Of a stretch of 64,000 nucleotides of DNA, positions 50,360 through 61,242 are shown piece after piece; the first letter of the stretch is position 1; each line of letters starts with the position of its first letter. The stretch spans positions 186,001 through 250,000 of the forward strand of contig NIVC01001049.1 in the NCBI GenBank assembly GCA_002269645.1, written 5' to 3'. Source of the DNA: Macrostomum lignano. Taxonomy: Eukaryota. The notes beneath the pieces are model-generated. The model saw nothing but the letters and a program-made list of their open reading frames with translations. It was not told where the DNA came from and ran no database searches. A program made the position numbers and the translations under genes.

Positions 50360-52034
50360 CTACAATCGGCCAAAAAATCTACTACAGTTGGTCGCAAACA
50401 GTCGAGTCCAGTACCTGCGATCACATTCACTGTCCGCTAGGGCTTCCGGCACGAACTTGATGGCTGTCGGGTCCTTGGGGTCTCCACCAAACGGTGCGGC
50501 CGATGTCACTAGCAGGCGCTGCCGCGGGAGACGCTTAGCCCGTTGGACCGCTCGCGGGGATCCTCGGCACCGAGCGGACACCTCGAAGAAGACCCCGTGG
50601 CACTTGCTCACCAGCGCGGCCTCGACGGCCTCCGGCAAGTCCAGGTCCTCGGCCAGCATGACGCTCATCGTTTGAAACTCCGGCTGCCGGAGGAATCCTA
50701 GGGCGACCGCCCAGGCAGGTTCGCCGCCTTCAACTCGGAACAAAACCGGCAGGCCGAACTCCTTGGCAAGCAAGAACTGCTCCATCGCCGCCGTTAACTG
50801 GTCCTGGCGCTGCGACCTCTCAGCGTCCCAATTGAGCTCGACTTCGCCGACCGCCACGACACGCGGCCAGCTACCCGCTAGAAATCGTCGTACATCGTCT
50901 CGCAGCGATGGCCACCACGGTGCAGCACTGGCCTTCAGGCCCAGGGCGAACACGATCCGTCGGTCTTGCAGCAGTGGTCGGACAACGGGACATTCTAGAC
51001 GCAGGCAGTACGGCGAGTTTACAGCCGCTAGACATCGACGCACGCCACGAAGGTCCTCGGGCTGAATCGACCGGCCCAGCCTCGTTAGGTATGCCTTTGC
51101 ATCGACGAGACGCTTAGCCGAGCTGACCTTGCGCTGATTCGGGTCGTCACGGGGGAGACCTCCTGGACCGTGTCGGCCGGTCGTACTTGCTCGGGGTCGA
51201 CACCCGTTAACTCTTCGGTCGCCAAGTCGCGCTGGGCCGTCAGCGGAGTCTGCGAAAGGTGCGGCCCGTCACTCCCCTCCTCCGGGCGCCGCGCGAGGCC
51301 AGGATCCACTAAGAGAGACAGACCCCGGAGCCTCCCCAACAAGGGACCCCCCAACTCACACAGCTCAAAACCCCGCACAGCCAACAACACGCACTCAAAC
51401 GCCGCCTGCAGCACCGAAGGCGGGACCCTCCGACACCTCCCGGAGCCACCACCAGAACCTCTCTTCCGCCCATACTGATTGCACAGAAACGACACAGACA
51501 CTGCTAAGAATCTAGACAACTGCTCAGGCACACTCACACCAGCCCCATCAAGAAACCTCGCCACCTCCTGAACCACCAGGCAAGCTCCTTCACTATCCCC
51601 AGCCCTCAACCGCGCCAGCAGCGCACCCCTCAGCCGCCTACACTCAGCAAGCGCAGCCGGAGCCAATAACTCGGCTGGGATCTCCGCGTGAACTGGAGCT
51701 TCCCCTGCGGCGCTTCCCTTAAGACTAGCCAAAGCTAACCTGACCTGCTCGGGCAACTCAACGTCAGGGGGAGGATTGAAAAAGTAGGCGTACTTTAACA
51801 CCCCTTGACACGCTGCCTCCCAACCCGATCGTATACTTCCCGAAACACTGGGTCAGATAAAACGCACATCGCCATCACGTCTCGCTGAGACTCCGGAGAC
51901 TCTACCTCGGCAGGACAGACGCGGGGCCGCTTTGAGTACAGACGACTACACGCTGCCTCAATCTCCGCAGAGTTAGCAGTCCGACCCACGCCTAACACGC
52001 CATACAAATCAGTCGGTGTCGTTGGCGACGACAT
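50360..52034 (-). CDS. Cargo ORF: J-like domain + helical region + TatD-like domain (558 aa if two single-base gaps are restored)
   Basis: Three consecutive ORF pieces, each offset by -1. J-like: DLYGVLGVGRTANSAEIEAA...VLSDPVFREVYDRVG. TatD-like: LVDAKAYL...IVFALGLKA...VVAVGEVELNW...AKEFGLPVLF...LPRQRLLVTSAAPF...NCSRFF. Confidence 0.7.
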
Positions 52035-52371
52035 GGTCCTCCTGCAATGATGACATTTAAACCCAATCACTACCTATGCCTTGCGGACTAGCAACTGTGA
52101 CCCTGACCTGACCCATCCTATGACATGTTTATTTTACAATACGATTGAGAACGCTTCTTGCCTAGCATACTTTGTAATTTTAATACATTTAATGTTTTTT
52201 ACGTGCTTTCCATGCGTTCCATTTTATGATTTTTTTGTGCTTTGGGGTTGTATCATTTTTTTCATTTTAGGTTATTTTAGGCTTTCTACCATAGACAACA
52301 GCGTGGAGGCATTAATACAAGTGCATATTAAAAATCAATTTATGACGACCGCCTTGTGAGCCCACTGCGAA

Positions 52372-55300
52372 TTAACGATACAATACCGGATTCCCGTAAT
52401 ACGCTGGGGGCACACCCCGACGCTCGCGCAGTCTGCGCGGAGACACGGCTGGCGCCGCTGGAGCCACCGGTGCGCATGGCGCAACTGGCGTTCCCGGCCC
52501 TACTATCCCATGCCGAGGCCCAACGGCAACTGGTGGCACCACATACGAGTAAAACTCCTCCTCCTCCTCAAGTTCCGGCTCTTTAGTCGCCGGCCCCGCG
52601 GGCTCCTGTCTGCACCCTGCCGGCTCAGGCGGATGCGCCGACCGGCGCTGCACTGCCGTATGCCTATTCATCAACCTGAACTGCTCAGGCCGCTCGGGTA
52701 CTTTTCGCAAATTATTATAATGCACTATTTTGCTCTTTCCCCTATTGGCGTGCTTTACCCGGTAATTCAAATCGGATATCTTCTCTAACACCTTCGCCGG
52801 CCCCTTCCAATTGCAATGGAACTTGGCTGCCTCCCCTGCCTGCAGCGCAGGCGAGTATTCTAGGACGGCATCCCCACTTCTATGGCCGGGCCTCGCACCC
52901 TTGAGTCGTACAGCACTTTCTGTTTCCTCTGGTACTGCTGCAGGTTGGTCCGCACCTGCGAATGAGCCTCAGCCAGACTATTACCTAATGACTGAACATA
53001 CGCCGGAGCACTGGCAGGAATGGACTCAGGCAAGGTTCCGATGTCCACTGGAAGCCGCATCTCCCTGGCGTACAGCATGTAGTACGGGGTGTACCCCGTG
53101 CCTCTGTGAACGCTGCTACGGTACGCCATGAGAGACGGGTGGATCAGATCCTCCCAGTCTCCTTCGCCCACCGACTCACTCATCCTGCACTTGATCATTG
53201 ACTTCAACGTCTTATTGAAACTCTCAGCCTGACCATCAGCCATCGGGTGATAGGAGGACGTTCTGCATTTCTTAACGGCAAGCAACCGACACAACTGCTT
53301 CATCAAAGCCGACTCAAAATTGGTGCCCTTATCGGTGACTAGAAATTCAGGACAACCAAAGTGCGCAATCCAGTGATCAAAAATCGCTCGCGCCACCGTC
53401 GGGGCTCGCTGATTGGACAAGGGCACCGCCACCGGCCACTTAGTAAAAGAATCCTGGATTGTCAGCACGAATCGATTGCCACCTCTGGACTTGGGCAACG
53501 GCCCGACAATGTCACTCATGATCCTCTGGAAAGCTCCTTCCGAGCAGATTGGCTGCAAAGGCGCCCGGTTGCTGCGCCCAGGCTTCGCCTTCGCACAGTG
53601 GACACAGCTCCGGCAATACTCTTCCACGGAACGACTCAGCCCCGGCCACCAGTATCTCGCCTTCACTTTCTCTTGTGTCTTCCTAACCCCAAGGTGCCCT
53701 CCTGCAACCCCATCATGAAGCTCACTGAGCACTTTCGGCAGCAAAGCCGGCGGCAGCAAGATCTTTTTCTGGCACCCACTCCCGGGACTCTGAAAATACA
53801 ACAGATCAGACTCTACTCTTATCAGCTGCCGTTGTGCCCACAGCACACGCTCCTCCCACGACATCACTCTAGGCGCACTGGGGTTCGAACCCGGGTCCAG
53901 GGCATAGGAGCGGACAGCTGCAAGCTTCTTCTCGGCCACTTGCGCCTGCTGGACTTCCTTCGAAGACAGCCCACTGCCAAACACCGCGTTCACTACTGGC
54001 ACATTCTCGCTAAACTGGCAGCTAGGGCAGCTCTCATGGCCAGCGTGTTTTCGGTACTTGCGAGACAGCGAATCAGCGTTGCCGTGCTCCTTGCCTGGCC
54101 TGTGAATGATCTCAAAGTCGAAGTTCTGGAGCGACTCAAGCCACCTTGCGCACTGACCCTCTACGTCCTTCAGACTGGCTAGCCACTGCAAAGCTTTGTG
54201 GTCTGAACGAACAGTGAACTTTCTACCTAACAAATAGTACCTATACTTTTTGACGAAGTGCACGACGGCAAGCAACTCTAACCTGGTGGTGCAATAATTT
54301 TTCTCCGCCGCATGAATCATCCTAGACCCGTAAGCGATCACCTTCTCACGGCCATCTGCTTGACGCTGTGACAGGACGGCTCCCAGCCCGACGCGCGAAC
54401 TGGCGTCCGTGTCGAGGATGAACTCCCCGGCACCAGGCGAAAAATCCGGGAATGCCATCACATTCGGTGAACACAAAGCGTCTTTCAGCCTGCAAAACGA
54501 GCTCTCCTCTTCACTACCCCACTCAAACTTCACTCCGTCTGCGGTTAACCTATACAGCGGCGCTGCAATCTCTGAAAACTGCGGGATAAATGACTGATAG
54601 TAGGCGCACGTACCCAGGAATGCCTGCACCTTCTTGGCGCTACATGGCCTCGGCCAATTCTGGATCTCCTCGCACTTGCTCGGATCCGTTGCGATCCCCT
54701 CCTGAGAGACGATGTGGCCCAGAAACTTCACCCGCTCTGCGAGGAACACACACTTGGCGGGCTTCAGCTTGACATTGGCATCCCTCAGGCACTGGAAAAC
54801 ATGCTTCAATCGCTCGAGATGCTGACCCACCGACTTGGCGAACACGACTATATCGTCAAAGTACACCAGGCACTCCTTCCAGTTAACCTCAGACAGGGCC
54901 ATAGACATTAGCCTGGCGAACGTAGCGGGAGCATTGCGCAAGCCAAAACTCATGCACTTCCAGGCGAACTGACCCCTGTTGGGTACCACGAACGCCGTTT
55001 TCAACTGGTCCTTCGGCTCAATCGGGCACTGATGATAGCCGGAGGCCAGATCCATCGTCGAGAAAACACAGTTCCCTCCTAGCGCATCAAGCGTCTCGTC
55101 CATCCGCGGCGGTGGGTAAGGATCTGGCACTGTGACCTCGTTAAGGCGCCGATAGTCTAGACACAACCTCAAGCTACCGTCGGCCTTTTTAACCGGCACG
55201 ATCGGGCTCGCCCACGGAGAGTAGCAGGGATAGATGCGATCCTGCTGCAACAACTCATCAACCTGCTTATCAATTTCCTCCTTCCAGCGCGGTGGAATCC

Positions 55301-56309
55301 TACGCGCGGGCTGACTTACTGGCTTGGCGTTGCCGGTGTCAATCTCATGCGCCATCAAGTGTGACTGTCCCAACTCCGAGCTATCCCTGGCAAAGACATC
55401 ACGATTCCGAGCCATCAGGCGCTCAAACTCGTGCTTCTCATCGCCCGTCAGGCCACATCCTCCCCACTCCTTGACATCGCTGAGGGGGTTCCAGTCGTCT
55501 CGGACACTCTCCACCGAGTTCACCTGCCACCCAGCTGGCTGCTGGGCCGCCACTGGGGAGAACCAACCAATTCGGCTTCCCTTCCTTAATGACAGACTGC
55601 ATCCTGACGTGTTCAACACCCTGACAGCCAAGCGACCGTCCCCGTCAGGCATCTGTACCGATCTGGCCACCATCTGCTCGTTACTCACTCTCCTCTCAGA
55701 CTCCACAATGCCTAGGAACTGAACCCCAGAGGGAACCCTTCTCTGCAACCTGACGTGCACCACCTTCTCTTGACCTGCATTGAACTGCTCAGGCTGACTC
55801 AGCACCAGACGGCAAAGACGCGGCTTATCTGCTGATAAGCGAAACGGATACACACAGGATGCAGTCTGCAAGCAATTCCTAGCAAAGTCAATCGCCATCC
55901 CGTGTCTCACGAAAAAGTCAGTGCCCAGAATACATGCCACAGCCAGTTCCTCGACCACAGCGAACTCGTGCAAAAACTCGGTGTCCCCAACAGAAAACTT
56001 CATCGTCACCATTCCATGTACAGCAATCGGTTCCCCATTGGCAGCGAAAACGGAAAAATTCGGCAAATTCGGCAATAAGTCAATGTCGGCTTTTTTAGAC
56101 TTCAGGAAACGGTTGCTTAACAACGACACGGTGGCCCCGCTGTCAAGCAGACATGCAATCGGGGGCCCAAACCTAAACTGTGCATCCACATAGCCCAGTC
56201 CCTGCCGACTCAGCACACTCTGGGACAAGGCCGCGGCCCCCGATGCACCCGGATTCACTGACGCTGGGGCCCGGACGGGTGCCCCGGCCGAGCCCCCAAT
56301 CCGTTTCCC
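52372..56309 (-). CDS. pol: pol (PR-RT-RNaseH-IN), expressed by -1 frameshift from gag
   Basis: LLDSGAT, YFDDIVV, ILDTDAS, HDGVAGGH...CVHC, SDIVGP/VTDKG/AESFN. The C-terminal WKGPAKV (GPY/F-like) segment is joined by restoring one G at 52872-75. Confidence 0.93.
56245..56309 (-). promoter_or_regulatory. -1 programmed ribosomal frameshift signal (G GGA AAC + H-type pseudoknot)
   Basis: Slippery heptamer 56309-56303 in the gag frame; stem 1 GGGGCUCGG/CCGGGCCCC; stem 2 GCACCCG/CGGGUGC; pol lies in the -1 frame. Confidence 0.85.
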
Positions 56310-57234
56310 GAACCCGACTGGTCCCACCGACGATAGCAGCGGTTGCGCATGTGCCCTGACTGGCCACACTCCCGGCAGACCACTGCATTACGGCACCGAG
56401 CCGTAGTATGCCCTGTCTGCAGGCACCGACCACACTGCCTCTGCTGCTGACTCTGCTCAGGGGCTCGATGCTGCAAGCTCACTTTTGGCTGCTCAGACCT
56501 TGCTGTCGCCATCGGCGCAGTGGGCGCTGCAGCACTTGCTTTTAGCTGAGCCACTTCCGCTTTCAGAGCTGCTATCTCGGCGGCTGCCCTGGACTCCTGG
56601 CTGTTGCCAGCCGCTGCGGCCTGACCCCCACCATGTGCACAGCTCGCTTGCCCTCGGGCTCCATCAGAGCCAACGATGCCCTCACTTGACGCACCCGCCT
56701 AATAGCGTCCTGGAGCGTCTCTGGCGCTTGCAGCAGCACGCTCTCCAGCACCCGGGCTGGCACCCGAATCCCCTTCAAAAACCTGTCTTTCACCAACTCT
56801 TCTCGCTGGGCCGCTGGCAGCATTGGGTACGATTTTCTCATAAGCTCCTTGAGCACGTCTGCATATTCTTCAATGGGCTCGCCATCTTTCTGATTCCTAC
56901 TCTGGAACTCGGTCTTGTAATCTTGAGCAGTCCTATTCTCATCAAACCTAGCCTCTAGCTGCTCAACAAACTCATCATACGGCAAATCATCGGCCAACTC
57001 AAGATTCGCAACAGCCTTAAAAGCAGTATTAAAGTCAAGCAGACTGAGCAGCGCCTGCTTGCGCTGATCCCCTAGAATATGAGCCGCCTCACAATACCCT
57101 GTGAATTGTTGCATCCAAAGGGCAAAGTCCTGTGTGGGCACGTACTTATTTGGCCTCGGCACCCGCTGTGCCACATTAAGTTCGTTTTGCAGACGCGCCG
57201 TCAGGGCGTCAATCAGATCGTCTAAATTGGCCAT
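56255..57234 (-). CDS. gag: gag with two CCHC zinc knuckles
   Basis: ATG at 57234 (MANLDDL); capsid-like helical region; CGRCLQTGHTTARC and CRECGQSGHMRNRC. The two ORF halves join by restoring one G at 56625-29. Confidence 0.88.
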
Positions 57235-58061
57235 GGCTACAAAAACACAGAGACAACCGAAGCAAACAACACACAAATAAACTAGGCAACACACACAACC
57301 CTAAACACACGGCAGGACAGCAGGGGAGAGGACCGCTGATCCTGGTCACGGCACCACTTGTTGTGTCTCGGCCTAATGGCCGCTGGACGGGTCAAGGTTC
57401 GGGCCCTCCCCGCCTGAGACACCCCTGTCCCAGCCCTCACCCCGGCTATTCCTACCCTGTCTCGCTCGGTTCGGCGAGAGTTCGCCTGACCGAACACCCT
57501 GGGATCGGCGAGAGTTCACCGTTCCCAGGTCCCTGCAGATCCCGGCCCCACGCGGCAACCCAGAAGAACGAAAGCTCGAGCTCACCTCCTCTTGATATAT
57601 CGAGTTACTAACGAAGCGTTTATTGGCCCGAAGCAGTTATTGGCACGCGAAGGCAGAGGTACGCCGATGAACGCAAAAACAGTAAGAACGAAGCGGACAC
57701 CAATAGAGAGCAAACGTGGAGCGCAGCCCGCTCAGGGCTAGCATTTAAATAATACACAAAAAAGGGGGAGGGGTGGGGCAGAATGGAGACGGCGAGCCAA
57801 ACCCTGGGGCCCAGCCGGCTTATCAGCCAGCCAGCCAATACGAGCAGCCCCAGGGTGAGGCGGGCAACGAGGGAGGGGGGGGGGGCACCCAGATTGGACA
57901 GAGATTGGGCCGGGGGCTGGGTGCAAAGGGCTAGGCCAGGGTTGAGACTTACGCCTCTCACAAACCCTGGCCCGGGCGCGAGACGGGGGACGGGGCGGGG
58001 TGGCATGAAAACTGAAAACAAAAGTACGAGTACATACACACTGGAAGGGCGCAGCCCAACA

Positions 58062-58290
58062 ATTACTAGAGCTTATAGACTACTAGAATAGGTTACTAGA
58101 ATTCATTTCCAGAGTTCATAGACTACTAGAATAGGTTACTAGAATTCATTTCCAGAGTTCATAGACTACTAGAATAGGTTACTAGAATTCATTTCCAGAG
58201 TTCATAGACTACTAGAATAGGTTACTAGAATTCATTTCCAGAGTTCATAGACTACTAGAATAGGTTACTAGAATTCATTACTAGAATTCA
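58062..58290. repeat. Continuation of the 30/41-bp minisatellite to the right of the LTR element
   Basis: Same CATAGACTACTAGAATAGGTTACTAG core. Confidence 0.92.
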
Positions 58291-58828
58291 CTACGTTTTA
58301 CCTTCAAGCCGTTTATAAAAATTGCCTGAGCTATTTATAGAAATTACAATGAGATGCTCAATCTCAAAAAAAACTATCAGAAGCTGAGTGAGTACATGGC
58401 CAACAAATGCATCGCACTGCTCACGCTACTCAGTGTACATCAGCAACGTAAAAGAAGCGAAATTGATCAAAGTTCTTCCTGAAACATGAAACCTTCTACT
58501 TAAAACTAAAGCTTTCTTCTACACTAACGGTGAGTAGTCAGTGATGTGTGAGTAAATTGAAAAATGAAAAACGAAAATTGAGTAATAGTAATAAAACGAG
58601 AACCGTAACTCATAAAGCCTATAAACAGAATCACAGAAGCCTTTAACAAGGAAGCAACGCACGCGATATGAACAACCTTATTCAGAGGAAGAGCTGCAGT
58701 ACAGTAGACAGTACTGAAGAGTTTAGGTAGAACCCTGTGGCATTAGCAGTAACCCTAGTAAAGTGAAGGCAACATATTTAAGACTGACAATTGAAAACGT
58801 TTGAAAACAGTTCACTGCTTCAACCGCC

Positions 58829-60049
58829 ATGTCCGAGCTGCCTTCGAGTGTCGTGGCTGCCCGGCCGGTCTCCGATCTGCCGGCTCACCTGCAGTGCAGC
58901 AGCTGCTCCAAGCCGCTCTTCAACGCCCGACAGACTCCGCACGGGTGCCGCCTGTGCCAGGCCTGCGTCACCGGCCTGCTGCACGAGGTGGAGAAGCGGC
59001 CCTGTCCCGGACACACCGAGGCCTGTACACTCAGAGACCACCACTCGGAGGAGGACGCTAGCGGCCAGGTCGAGGTCGAGGTGAGCCAGGCTACCTGCTT
59101 TCCCGACATGGCGACGAGACGCGAGGTCGCCAAGCTGCGAGTCCGCTGTCCGAACTGCGACGCCGGCTGCTCTGTCCAACTCGAATGGGCTCGCATGGAC
59201 CAGCATGTTCAACAGAGCTGCGACTGGCACTCACTCCGCTGTGAGCAGTGCAAAGAGCTCATCCTGAAGAAGGACATGCAGCGACACACCAGCAGCGAGT
59301 GTCGCCACAGGAAGGAGACCTGTGACCTGTGCTCTCAGCTGGTCACACACAGCGAAATGGAGACCAGTCACAGGAATCTGCAGTCCGATGTGTGCTGTCC
59401 GAGATTCTCAGCTCGCTGTCCTCACTGCTCGGAGCGGAGCACGCCGATGGACAGGCGGGGATATGTTGCTCACCTGTCGGAGTGTCCCGAGAGACCGGTA
59501 GAGTGCAAGTACTCTCACCTGGGCTGCAGGGCGATGGTGCGCAGGTCCGATCTGGAGAGGCACTACAGAGAAAGCATGGACTCTCACCTTGAGCTCATGG
59601 ACTCGAAACTGAAGCAGGCAGCGATAGCTCAGCAGAGTCCTGGTGAGATTTGCTTTCCAAATCAGTAAATTGGTTAACCAGAAAAAGCTGCTACGAGCGT
59701 ATTTTCGGATATTAAAAAAAAATTTATACTTTTAGTATCTGCGGTCCCGCAGTCTTCTGTCGGTGCCGGAGCTCTTGCCGCCACAGCCACCGATGGACGC
59801 GATGTGGTCGACGTGAAGCGGCGAGTCGGCAGCGTCTTCGAGCAGTTCAAGAAGCTGCAGGTCAACGTGGCGAACTGGGCTCACAGCACCATGGAGCTCG
59901 AGCAGCTGGCTGACAGGTTCGGAGGCGTCTCGCAGCTGCGGACTCTGCTGAGCGGACTGGACGAGCGGACGAGGAGCGTCGAGCAGCTGCAGCAGCAGGT
60001 GCAGGAGCTCCAGCAGCAGGTGCAGCAGCTGCAGCGACATCGAGCCTGA
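58829..60049 (+). CDS. TRAF-like copy E (RING + zinc fingers + coiled coil, no MATH), 375 aa; exons 58829-59642 and 59736-60049
   Basis: 93-bp phase-1 GT-AG intron. Exon 2 (FEQFKKLQVNVANWAHSTMELEQLADRFGGVSQLR) is homologous to the copy A coiled coil and then stops. Confidence 0.88.
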
Positions 60050-60681
60050 TGAATAAAACTAATACGCTCGTATTTTACTGTGTATGACTCAGTTCCTTGT
60101 TCAGTCCCTGGATTCACTTCCTAGAACCGCTGCAATGTGGAATGACGAAGTATATCCCATTGCTAAATTGTTCACTAGAAAATTCATGCTTTATGCTTCA
60201 TATATGATTTTCATATCCAGAATCAGTTCGTACGCTCAAATGACGACCAAAGGAGAGCTGCCAGTCTTTGCGCAAAGTTCGGCTGTTTTGGCTGACTAAA
60301 TTAATTTTTTGTTCGGAACACATCCGGAGGTCAGTCCAATTGCTAGTAGAACAAATACACGAACACGGAACTAAATGACTAGCACGGACCCATCAGCGTG
60401 TGAGCGAGGCTATATTTAGAAAATGGACTGGACCTCTTTGTGAGACCAAATTGTCGATCGTGCAACTATTTAATAGGACATGCCACATACACAAACACAA
60501 GTAAAAAAGATCAGACGGTCCAATGGGGGCCACCAACACTCAAAACTACACAGACGAAATAGGAAAAGGAACGATTATTGTCTGTTTTTATTCATAAATC
60601 TGGAAACTGTGGACTTGGCTGGGTGGAATGCTCCGTAGTGCCTGTCAGGAAAATTTGTAGAGGACCAGGTAACTGATTAAA

Positions 60682-61242
60682 TGATTACCTGCTGAATTGA
60701 TTACCTGCTGAATTGATTACCTGCTGAATTGATTACCTGCTGAATTGACTACCTGCTGAATTGACTACCTGCTGAATTGATTACCTGCTGAATTGATTAC
60801 CTGCTGAATTGATTACCTGCTGAATTGACTACCTGCTGAATTGACTACCTGCTGAATTGATTACCTGCTGAATTGATTACCTGCTGAATTGATTATCTGC
60901 TGAATTGATTACCTGCTGAATTGATTACCTGCTGAATTGATTACCTGCTGAATTGATTATCTGCTGAATTGATTACCTGTTGAATTGACTACCTGCTGAA
61001 TTGACTACCTGCTGAATTGATTACCTGCTGAATTGACTACCTGCTGAATTGATTACCTGCTGAATTGATTACCTGCTGAATTGACTACCTGTTTAATTGA
61101 TTACCTGCTGAATTGACTACCTGCTGAATTGACTACCTGTTTAATTGATTACCTGCTGAATTGATTACCTGCTGAATTGACTACCTGCTGAATTGATTAC
61201 CTGCTGAATTGATTACCTGCTGAATTGACTACCTGCTGAATT
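60682..61242. repeat. 16-bp minisatellite (TTGATTACCTGCTGAA)
   Basis: About 35 units. Confidence 0.96.

Larger units (their letters stand above)
49420..58061 (-). mobile_element. Young full-length Ty3/Gypsy LTR retrotransposon with an extra cargo ORF
   Basis: LTRs 57359-58061 (703 bp) and 49420-50119 (700 bp), identical except for G-run lengths. TGTTG...CAACA ends. 4-bp TSD ATTA (49416-19 and 58062-65). 18-nt PBS TGGTGCCGTGACCAGGAT (57356-57339), complementary to a tRNA-His 3' end. PPT GGAGGGGGAGGA (50131-50120). Confidence 0.97.
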
